From assembly GCA_976551045.1 (NCBI GenBank), contig CDPCPM010000043.1, forward strand, positions 4,526,001-4,590,000: 64,000 bases of DNA, given 5' to 3'. Within the stretch, counting starts at the first letter, position 1, and each line of letters begins with the position of its first letter. The position numbers were made by a program, and so were the translations under genes. Source of the stretch: Glaucostegus cemiculus. Its lineage: Eukaryota. A model generated the notes under the pieces. It was not told where the DNA came from. It made no database searches and saw only the letters and a program-made list of their open reading frames with translations. This document shows positions 28,401 through 40,400 of the stretch, piece after piece.

Positions 28401-31400
28401 TGTTTCGATTCTGGGTTATGGTTAGAATGTAATTGCATGATTCTTCAGCACTGTTATCAAAACAAATGATTATAGTATTCTGGGGAGGAATCTCAGAACC
28501 AAGTTTATTATCACTGACGTCATGAAATTTGTTCTATGGCAGCAGTGCAGTGCAAGGCATAAAAATTACTATGTTACAAAAACAAATGGTGCAAAAGAGA
28601 ATAATGGGGTAGTGTTCATGGACTGTTCAGAAATCTGATGGTGGAGGAGAAGAAGTTGTTCCTGAAACCGTGAGTGTGGGTCTTCAGGCTCCTGTACCTC
28701 CTCCCTGATGGTAGTAACGTGAAGAGGGCATGTCCCAGATGGTGAAGGTCCTTAATGATGGATGCTGCCTTTCTGAGGAACCGCGTCTTGAAGATGCTTT
28801 GAATCTAGCTTTGCTATCAATACAAAGTCGGTTTGCAAAGTATTTAACTTTCTAAGTTAGGCAAGCCATGTGAATATTGATTGGCTACTGATATGGGTGG
28901 GAAAGTTTGTTCATGGTGCCTGGCTGGAGACTTAGCTAAACATATGAAGATGCTGCCAGCTTCCATGTCAATAGACTAGCTTTATTTCTAGACGTTTATC
29001 TATTACGGCCATGGGGAACATTAGAATGAGGGAGCATATGTTTTTATTCTCCAAGAGGTGACCAGTTAACTTGGATAAATGAAGCCTGCCTAGAACAGCC
29101 AACTAATTAGTGGTGAACGGATGCATCTCATTGGGAACCTGTTATCAATTTACTCATGCATGTTGAGTAAAATAAGAGCTTTTGTTTTGTGGGATGACTT
29201 GTCTTTCTTGTGGGCTTTGGAAAGATATCCAACAGCATGGTCAGAGTAGTGGATCTTGCTTTCTTGGAGTCACGTTGTTTAACTAAACACTAGGTGGTGA
29301 GGGTGCTCCTTTGGTTGTAGAGGACATTAGCTTAGCTATAAGGGTAAATTGCTGGTGCTGAAGCTTGGAAAATGCCTAATGCACAGTTCCCAAATTGGTG
29401 ACATTGGGCCCGTGTGGAAGACTGGTTAGTACAGAAAGTTGAGATGAAGCAGGACTGATGGTGCTCTCCCTGAGGGTAAGGCTGATTAGAACGGGACAAT
29501 AACAAGGATACAAGATTGTTTGGACCATGGCCAGTTAGAGTTGGGTCTGCTGTGGCAGAAATTTAGAGGCTGAGACTGTGAAAGTGATTTGGAAGCTGGG
29601 GCTGTGAAGATGGTGCAGTGAAGCAGAGATTGGGTGGCATTGGGCACTGCAGCATCTTCAGTCCACTCTGGTAAGAATGGGTGTAGTTTGCAGATTGGAT
29701 CTGTTTCTCCCAACCCCACTTTTCAACTAAGCTGCAGGAAACAGCACAGATCTCTGCCACTCACACCATGTTACATCTCTTTCGTCTTCTCTTCTTCATG
29801 ACTTGTGCCTGGACTGACCTCAGGATCCCCCCCTCCGGCCCAGGCTGCTGCACCAGCTCCAATTATGATCGTTCCTCAGTCCATCCGCACCCCGCCGGCA
29901 GACAAGGCAAAGAAAGCACCGCCCCCTCCTCCCAAACCCAAACGACCACGTTAGTATTGGCCTGAACTGAGTGGCTGCCTGTGCTTGTGTCTGTACGAAG
30001 AGATACTGGTCATGCTTGTGTTTGACAGGTGCTGGTCATGTGTCTGAGGGAATGTGAGCTGTGCTTCTGACAATATCTGTGAACATTGTGCCTCTGTCTG
30101 TACAAGGGGTTGCTGGCCGTGCCTTCTCTGTGCATGGGGGTACCGGCTAATGGGCCAGTCCCAATCCTGGGATGGTCATTGGCTCCATGAGTCAGTGCAA
30201 GTCTTTTGTGGGCTGGAGGGTGGTTAGTGGCTTCTCATTCCTGGTCTTTACTAACTTGGTCATTAGCTATAGTGCTGTTGTTCTGGGGTCGGCAAGTTGG
30301 CTGCCATGTTTTGCTGGAATGGCTCTGTGCTCCTGCAGTTCTTGAGTGGAATGGTTTGTGGATCACTGGATAATCCTGTGCATTCCTTTTCCAGAATTGC
30401 TTCTCCCACAGTGTATGGAATTTTTATGGTTAATCGAGATGGAATGAGGTCATGTGATTTAAAATCTTGATCAATTTAGTCATAGTTGTACTGCATGGAA
30501 ATGAGCCCATTTGGCCTAACCGGTCTATTTGACTAAGATGCCCCATTCAAACTCACCCCATTTGCCAATGTTTGGCTCGTAACCTTCCACACCTTCTGTA
30601 GCCATATACCTACCCAACTGTCTTTTCAGAAGTTGTAATGTACCTGCCACAACCACTTCTTCTGGCATCTCATTCCACATGCATACCACCCTTCATGTGT
30701 AAGATTATATTAAAAAAAATTCCTCAAGTTCCCATTAAATCTTTTCTTCCCTCACCTTAAACCTATTCCCTCTGGTTCTTGATTTTCCCCAACCTGGTGG
30801 GGTAAAAGACTGAGTGCATTCATACACCTCTGAGATTGCCTGTGTCTCCTATGCTCCAAGGAATAAAGTCCCAGCCTGTTCAACTTCTCACTATAACTCA
30901 GTTCCTCAAGTTCCTGGCAACACCATTGTAAATCTTTTCTGCATTCTTTCCAGTTTAATAACATATTTCCTATAGCAGGGTGACCAAAGCTGAACACAAT
31001 ACTCCAAGTGCAGCCTCACCAGCATCTTGTACAACTGCACCACAACCTCCCAACTCTCATACTCAGTACCCTGACTGATGAAAGCTAATGTGCCAAAAGT
31101 TGCATTCACCACCCTGTCTACCTGTGACTCCACTTTCAGGGAATGATGTACAAGGCCCCTCTGTTCTACAACACTGCCAAGGGCTCTGCTGTTCACTTTG
31201 AAAATCTGACCTTGATTTGACTTTCCAAAATGCACCACCTTGCACTTCCCTGAATAAAACTCCATTTGCCATTCCTTGGCCCACTTACTCAGCTGATTGA
31301 GATCTTCCTGTAATTTTTGATAGCTGCCTTGATTGTCCACTATACCAGCTATTTTAGTGTCATCTGCATTTTGGCCACTGTACATGGTTTTCCTTTCCAG

Positions 31401-34400
31401 GACAGGAAGGTGGTTTGTCATCTGTATGTGGAGAGGTTGTCCCCTCCCTCTATCCTGGGTCATTGATTAGGAGCAGGAACCCCTGCTGATTTCTCATATC
31501 TCTATTCCATTGTTCTATGCAATAAGTGGGTCCAGAAAGCCCCTCCATCAGAATAGAGCCTGTAGTCTGAGGTATGTTTTTGCAGCAGAAGCAGCTGGTT
31601 TGTTCGCTTGCTAAACTGGCAAGTTCTCTGATTCCTCTTGTAACAGGAATCCTGTAGGTGTGGTAACAGTGATGTGACTGTGGGCTGTGGTTGAGCTCTC
31701 TGTGGATCTGACTGATGGCTTGACATTAACCTGAATCACATGTGTTTTCTGCCAGCGTGCAATCCCAATGCATGTCGAGCCTCAGGGAGAGGTCTGCAGC
31801 CCAAAGGAGTGCGAGTTAAGGAGGTGACCGACTTCAAAGTCTTCACTAAAGGAGCTGGCACTGGGGAGCTGAAAGTTGTCATCAAAGGACCTAGTAAGTT
31901 GGCTGGTAGGGATTGTGTATTCCAGCTTGGCTGGGGACGTGGTTGGGAAGGGGGGGAGCAAGGGAGGGGGTGCTGTAAATGTTGATCCTGGGTTAAGTGG
32001 TGGAATACATGTTCGCTGTTGTGTCTGTGGGTCAGTTCCAGCCTACAGCCTACAGTGGATCATTCATCTTCCTGTTCTGCTCACTGTGCGTCTATCCATG
32101 GATTATATGCTGAGTCAACACACACACAGTGCTGTTGGATCTCGGCAGGTCTGGCAGCATCTATGGAGAGAAAGAAACAGTCAATGTTTTGGATTGAGAC
32201 CCTTCATCAGGACTCTGGTCTCAACCTAAATCGTCAACTGTTTATTTCTCTCCATAGATGCTGCCAGAGTTGCTGAGTTCCTCCAGCACATTTTCTGTGT
32301 ATTGCTCCAGATTCCAGCATCTGCAGAATCTCTGTCTTGTGTGCTGAGTCACTGTCTTTGTGAATGATTGATCTGAATTTTTTTTCCCATCACACCAGGG
32401 ATAGGATTGGCAGTTACTGTCCTATCCCAACAAGTGCTCTCACTGATGTCCTCTGCTTAATGCACTTTGGCTGGTGGATTATGGTGACTGGAGTTCTGTT
32501 CAGCCCTAGTCCTCTCAGCAAAGTTGTGGTGGAAGTCTTTGGCTAGCGGTGATCTTGGATGTAATGCTGCTGTTGTTGCTGCACCTTTCAATCTGATCCT
32601 CATTGCCAGTGAGCAGAAGCTCTGGATTCACTGACTAACCAGCAATTAGTTAGTCAGTGAATCCAGCAACCAGCACCTGAGGAGATGCAGCCACTGAAAC
32701 AACCAGTAAAGGACGAGCAATCGGCAGACATCACTCACTGGTCTCCATTTATTTTCCTCCAGAGGGCACAGAGGAACCTGTGAAGGTTCGGGATGTTGGT
32801 GACGGTGTCTATGAATGTGAATATCATCCGGTGATTGGAGGCAAATACGTGGTGACCATCACCTGGGGTGGTTATGCTATTCCAAGAAGGTGAGTCGCAT
32901 TTAGGAAAATACTCCTGGTTCATTCAATTTGGTCACAGAATTAATTTGTTGATGTTGCAGTTTTGGTTAATTCCAACAGAAGGGTCTCTCCCCCTGATTC
33001 CAGTTCTACTTGTCTATCTTCCTCTAGGATCTTAAATCAATCTTCCATTTTCAAACAACAACACATGTTGAGCAGAACACTCGGAAATTACCTTCCTCTT
33101 TTCTCTCCACCGCCCCCCCCCCACCCCCAACCCCAGTGTAATACCATGGAACCTTTTAGTGCCAATGTTAATTGAAAGTACAGCACGAGGTGTATACTGA
33201 CCTGTGTGTTGCTCCCTCAGCCCCTTCGAAGTGCAAGTTGGACCTGAAGCTGGTGCTCAGAAGGTGCGAGCCTGGGGACCGGGACTGGAGACTGGTGTTG
33301 TGGGAAAGTCGGCGGATTTTGTAGTGGAGGCAATTGGGACTGAAGTTGGAACACTAGGTAAGTGCTGTCACTTCCTGTGATAGTAGTGAGGCTTCACTTT
33401 AGGGCCAACACTAGTCTGGATCCTAGCTCCAGCCCCTGTTTATTCACTGCACCTTCTCTCTGTTCAATCTACATTTAATTGAGGGTAATAAGGCTCTGAC
33501 AAAATATCAGGGTGGACTTTTTCTGTGTCTGACCTGCACTGGAAATGTCTGATGGCATTTGGCCTTCACTCTGAGAACCACGTTGTAATTTTCTTCTCCA
33601 GGTTTCTCCATTGAAGGTCCTTCACAGGCGAAGATTGAGTGTGATGATAAAGGAGATGGATCATGTGATGTACGATACTGGCCCACTGAGCCTGGTGATT
33701 ATGCTGTGCATGTAATTTGTGATGATGAAGATATTAAGGATAGTCCCTTCATGGCACACATCCTGCCAGCAAACAATGAAAGCTTCCCAGAGAAGGTGAG
33801 TGTAGAGTGCAGGGCATGAGTAGAGTAAATGTGTGGCATGGAGTCAGGGCATCAACAGGGGTCACTGTGATTAGTCTTTGAGACTTTTAAATTTAGTGCA
33901 GGGAGCACATTTTGAAATCTGCAAACGATACAAAAATGATATCAAAAAATGAGTGAAATATTTTGGGATGGGGAGGTGTATGGTGAATGCAATGGAACTG
34001 TGCACTTAGAAGTTTTGCTGCATCCCTGATCAAATCATATCCTGAGCATTGTAGTCCAGGGCTCTGGATTTTACTATCAACCTATTAGCTTTGGAAGAGT
34101 GCACACATTGCAAGAATATGACCAAAGGTTAAGTTCTGAGGAGAGATTGCATTAATATGGCTTGTATTCTCTAGAGTGGAGAAGATTGGATTTGGTAAGA
34201 GGTTTTGGATTTTTTAACCTGCTAGAGAAATCCCTGCTAATAAGGGTGCATAGGATAAAGAGCAGAATGTTTAAAAACCCTAGGCTACTTGTTCCTCTGC
34301 CAATAGTACTTTACAATGCATCCACCCAAGATGATCAACAAGACCTGGTTTTACAAAGGTAACAAAGTTGTAGTGTATGTGTCCTTGGTGCTGCCATCCA

Positions 34401-37400
34401 GGACACCATTACCTGTAGTTCCTCGGTCAGGAATTGCTGGGCTAGATTAAGTGCTTTGGTTTCCACAAGACGAAAGCTGAAGTGATGTTTTCTTTCACTT
34501 CATCAAAGGCCTGTTTGGAAGTGGTCAGTCTATGAGAATAGCACACAGCTTAGGAAACCCATGGTTGCCAAAAAAAAGCTACTGGAGGAACTTGGTGGAG
34601 GCAAAAGGATGGTTGACATCTCGGATCAAGGACGTGCATCATGTCCTAATGCAGGGTCTTGACATGGATCGTTGACCATCTCTTTGCCTGCACAGATGCT
34701 GCTTGACCTTCTGAGTTTCTGCAGCAGCTATATTTTTGGCAGCTTATTGTGGGTGAGGTAACTTTTAACTATTGTTTCAATCTTGCTTTTCAGGTGAAGG
34801 CTTTTGGCCCAGGTCTGGAACCGACAGGCTGCATCGTAAACAAACCAGCTGAGTTTACCATTGATGCTCGAGCTGCTGGCAAGGGTGAACTCAAGATCTA
34901 TGCACAGGTAATGCCTTGCAGTCTTGGTCAATACCAGTGAAGGTTGGGGGAGGTGGGCAGAGATGTGGGTGGCCACCTTAACTGGAGTAGACTTGCTGAT
35001 TTTTAAAAAAAATCTAAAAATTCAGAAGTGGAGTGGGGAGAGCATGTTGACATGTTATTGTAGGGGTAGGAATATTCTATTTAATCAGATTTGAGGGTCT
35101 GTTTATGAGAGAGTGAGGATCCTCAGCTACAGTTTGCCATGCTTACTATTTGTTTCTCTGGCTCTCTAGGATGCGGAAGGTGTTCCCATTGACATCCAGA
35201 TCAAAGATAACAGGGACAACACATTTTTCTGTGTGTATGTGCCACAGAAGCCCATCAAACACACAATCATCATCAGCTGGGGCTCCGTCAATGTCCCGAA
35301 CAGTCCCTTCCGAGTAAGTGGGGAGTGGGAGGGAGTGTGGGAGTCTGAATGGGCCTATTACACCCTGTTGGAGGTTTTGGGGTGGGGGAAGAACTAGAAA
35401 CCTGGTGACTCTCCCTGGCGGAATGGGAGATGCAGGTAGTCGGTGGGATTGGGCCAGTGTAATGGAAACTGATGGGAGGGGTTAGTGATGATTGGGGTGG
35501 GTCAGTGTGATGGAGATGGGTGTGAAGGGGAATGTGGTGAATCAGTAGGTAGGAGGAAGGGGAGTCTGGGTGTCATCCCAAAATCGATTTCCCCTTCTGT
35601 CCGTTGCAAGAAACACAGTGCCACGAGGTCTGGTCGAAAGGTACCTTTATTTTCTTTAGCAGTACTGCTAGGAGAGTCCCTTTGGCACTCACACAGAGTC
35701 GCTTCCCAAGGTATCTCTCAGAGCAGTGGGCAGACAGAAATTTATACAGATTTTCCCATGCTAACCCCATGCACCCGGCGCCGCGAGTTTCGGACAAACT
35801 ATACAAATGTAAAAGTAGTCATCAAGTATAATTGGATTCCGATCAATAGGGACAAAGGTGGGTATCACCCGTTAGCTGCTGGACTGTCTGCTTCCCTCCC
35901 AATGTTAACGACAGAGCCAGAGTCTGATACTATGTAAATTTCAGTTGACATTACTGTTGACTATGGGATGTATAGGGATGTCGATTTCAAACAACGGGGC
36001 TGCAGCTGTCTATAACGATTGTTGATTCGAAACAGTGGGGGGTGGGGGGGCGCAGCTGTCTTTAGCGATAGTCAGTGTCAGTCTGCAGTGATACTAATTG
36101 CCAGTTTCAATGGTAGTCTGTGCTATAGATGTTAATGTTGGTCCCTGTCAGCTCAATGTATTCTGATACCTAGACAAAGGTGATCAACATGTCTGACATT
36201 CCTCAGCTAAGCAGTCATCCCCCTACCCAGTCCAGGTTGGGAAGAAGTCTGTGGTCTTTTCTAGAAACCAAAGATGGCTGCAATTTTAACCATTTACTAC
36301 CACATGGGTAATGGGTGGGGTGAAGAGACAGTGATGTACCTAGTATTGCACATTGAGGTTTACCTGGGTTATACAACTGCCTTTTTCTCAGAATGGATCT
36401 GGTTAAACATTTAACAACTAGTCCTGTGCTGCTGCTGCTGCTGCTCTGCATTTCACTGGAATATGCCCTGAAGTGGCTGTGTAGTAACTTGCATTTTGCA
36501 TGTCCCTAGGTATCTGTGGGTGAAGGCTGTCACCCACAGAAGGTGAAGGTCTATGGACCAGGTGTGGAGAAAACTGGACTCAAGGCCAATGAACCCACTT
36601 ACTTCACAGTGGACTGCAGTGAGGCTGGACAAGGTGAGTCTCTGGGAAATGCTCCACCCAGTTCCTGCCTTTTATGTTTTAAGAGAGGGATACGACCAGC
36701 TGCAAACCAGTCAGCCAAATGCTGGTTGTAGGGAAACCAGAGTTGATAATCTGGATAAAGTTAATTGACACTTGGAGAAGGTGTGGGCTTATGACTAACT
36801 GCTCACTTGGATTTGTTGAAGGCAAATCATGACAGTTGTTGTTTGGAGAAAGATATTTAACAAAATGCCGCAGACGGGCAGCTCAGCCCTCGGTATTGTA
36901 AACTGTAGGCGTGACTGTTTCAGAGTGCTGGGTTATCCTGTGGTCTCATACTACCCTCTTCTCTGACAGGTGATGTAAGCATTGGCATTAAGTGTGCGCC
37001 AGGTGTTGTGGGACCAGCCGAGGCCGACATCGATTTTGACATAATTAAGAATGACAACGATACTTTCACAGTGAAGTACACGCCCCCTGGTGCTGGGCGC
37101 TACACCATCATGGTGCTGTTTGCTGACCAGGTACAAGATTCTGCTCGGACCTTGTTATGCAGTTGTGCTCAGTTGGAGTCTCTTGTCTGCTTTCTGCTGA
37201 GAGGGGTTGGTGACTGTATTCTGAAGGGTCTTTCCCCCTAGAAAGAGAGAGCAGGTTCTTCAGTCTTCTCCACAATCCATTTAAAGCTGCGATTCCTGAA
37301 CTCTGCTTTGCATGACACTGAGGGCAAATGGGGAGAAATTCTGGCTGGAGGGTTTATCTGTGAGAGGATAGTCAGGTGGCAGGGGGAGGGTGGGTGACTG

Positions 37401-40400
37401 TGGGTGGTGTGCCAGGCAAACAATGACATGTTTCACAATGTGGGGCGCATTCCAGCAATTTGGGGAAACGGGGAGGCTTCCTCTTGGGAGAATCTAGAAC
37501 TAGGTGGTCATTGCTTAAAAATAAGGAGTTAGTCCCTTTTTTAAGATGGAGCGGAGGCAAGTTATTGTCTTTGAGGGTTGTGAATCTTTGGAACTCTCCT
37601 CCAATGGGCAAGTGGAGTGTTTGAGTATTTCTGAGAAGTGGCAATGGGGTGAAAGATTGCAGTGGGTATGAATATTTAATGATGCAGTCAGATTGGCCAT
37701 AATCTCAGTGAATGGTAGAGGTGGATAATGGGCACATGTAGTCTACTGCTCTTGGGATGTTCCTGTGAGGGGCATGGGTTGGTGGGTGGCTGTGCCTGGT
37801 TACTTCACTGTAAAGTCTTGTCTGAGAATCAATCTTGTGCATTGCATTTGGGCAGTATGATTTAAGTAGAACAATGCAGTGTCCTGGCCTCCTCCTGTTA
37901 ACTTCTCCTTGATGCTCTCCTTCTGTCTGATGTATATTTTATTTTCCTTTCCCACTCTCTTCCTTTTGTACTTATCTAATCATTTCCTGTCCAATTTATT
38001 TGCAGGAAATTCCCATCAGCCCATTCTGCATTAAAGTGGAGCCGTCGCATGATGCTGGGAAGGTCAAGGCTGAAGGTCCTGGACTGAGCCGGACTGGTGA
38101 GGAGAAGCTGACAGATGTGGTCATGCTGTAGGTCACCAACCCCCCAGGGCAGTCCTGAACTGTCCTGGTTGAATAATGATCCCCTAGACATGGGAGCAAG
38201 TGAGGAAAAGAAATCCTCTCTTCAAAATTCAGTGTTTTTTTTCCCCTGCTGGTTGTAAACATTAAGATGGGTGAAAGATTGCTTGACTGTTGATTGAGTG
38301 GTTGGAGGTGGGAAATCCTGATGCAGCCTCTAGGAATATTTTACCAAACCTGGCAATGCTTTTTTCTCTTCTGGTGGATGTTGGTTACCGAGGACTGTCA
38401 ATATGACAAATTGGGATCTCGTACCCGTGGCCATTGGATCAGTAGCAGGGTAGGTTCGAAGTGGTGAGAGACCTTCAAGTCCACTCTAAATCTGACCATC
38501 TTGCATAGACTGGGTCCAGTGCTTAAACCTGGGAAGCATACTGACCTTCACTTTGGGGTGTAATGTAGGTGGGAGTGGGACTAGTGTGGTGGATGCAGGT
38601 TAATGTGGAGGAAAGCAGCAAGATATGGGTGAGAGGTGACATGTTACATGCAGATGTGGGGAGCTCCTGGATCTGTGCTCTATTCTGAGCAGACCACATG
38701 TGTTGTTTGCAGGTGTCGAGGTTGGGAAACCCACCCACTTCACAGTCTACACGAAAGGGGCCGGCAAAGCTACACTGGATGTGCAGTTCACTGGAGCAGC
38801 AAAGGGAGAGGCTGTTCGTGACTTCGAGATCATCGATAACCATGACTACTCCTACACTGTGAAATACACCGCTGTGCAGCAGGTGGGGAAGCAGTGGGTG
38901 AATGTTAGAGGATGGGTTTTGGGTTTGCACTCAGGAGGATGGTGTTTGAATGCAATGGGTATTTATCCTACGGAGCTGGGGTTAGGAGAGGGGGTTGTGT
39001 TTTTATCCGAGTGCCTGGATTTGAGTTAAACTTGGTGGGGCACTGCTTGAATTTTGGGGCATTGTGTGCACTGATCAGAAGTTCACCAATGTATTTTAAC
39101 AAACCATGTGCCGTCCTTTGATTGCAGGGTAACATGATGGTGACTGTGACCTATGGTGGTGACCAGGTTCCGAAGAGTCCATTCACGGTTAATGTGGCTC
39201 CACCTCTTGACCTGAATAAGGTCAAGGTTCAGGGATTGAATAATAGTAAGAGCGTTGACCCTTTGTAAATAACTTGGTTGTTATGCCTAGAAACTGTCTT
39301 GCATCAGTTGGGCTACTTTGCTAAAGATGCCCTGATGTTTTTGTTGTTGCAGAGGTTGACGTGGGGAAGGATCAGGAGTTCAGTGTCAATACTCGAGGTG
39401 CAGGGGGACAGGGGAAGGTTGACGTGAAGATTACGTCTCCATCCCGCCGTCCCATCCCGTGCAAGGTGGAGACAGGATCTACCAGTGATGTTTACTCTGT
39501 CAAGTACATGCCGCCTGAGGAGGGTCCGTATAAAGTGGACATTGGCTACGATGGACATCCAGTTCCTGGAAGCCCTTTCACTGTGGAGGGAGTCATGCCT
39601 CCTGACCCCACCAAGGTGAGTACAGATTATGCCATCTCCCTTTCTCACAGTGGCTCACCACATTGCCACAGCCCTCTGTTCAACACTGGGCCAAGAGTTG
39701 GGTAACTCGTGTAGTCATGGAACGAAGGATGTTGTCTGCTTCTGCCCCACCAACCTCCAGATTATCTTCAGTTTGATTGACGCTAGTTTTCTGTTCATTG
39801 TGACACTCAATGATGTTCAGTGTGAAATGCTGTTTTTTCTATACAGACACACCCACTCTGCTTTCCCTCCCCAGTGAGCAGATCCTGTCCAATATTCAAC
39901 CTCTGTCAACATAACAAAAACAAAGAGATCATTATCATATTCCTCTTTGTGGGAACTTGTTGTGCAATACATTTGTTTTCTTGTGTTATGATCCCTATCT
40001 ACACAGCTGAAAGTACTTGACTGGCTGTGACACATCTTGGAATGTCCTGACCTTAGGCAGTATTTTAATACAACGTTTGGCTCCAATTGCAGTTTGATGT
40101 TTGTTGTGAAGCATACGATTATGTGATATTTTTTTAAAAGAAATAAATGAGGAATTTTTGGTTATATTTCAGGTTCGTGCCTATGGGCCAGGTCTCAAAG
40201 GTGGTGTGGTTGGAAAAGCAGCTCCCTTTGCCATTGACACCAAGGGTGCTGGCACTGGTGGTCTTGGGTTGACTGTCGAAGGTCCTTGTGAAGCTAAAAT
40301 TGAGTGCCAGGATAATGGTGATGGTTCCTGCTCTGTCTCCTACCTCCCAACAGAGCCAGGTGAATACACAGTCAACATCCTATTTGCTGAGGCCCATATC

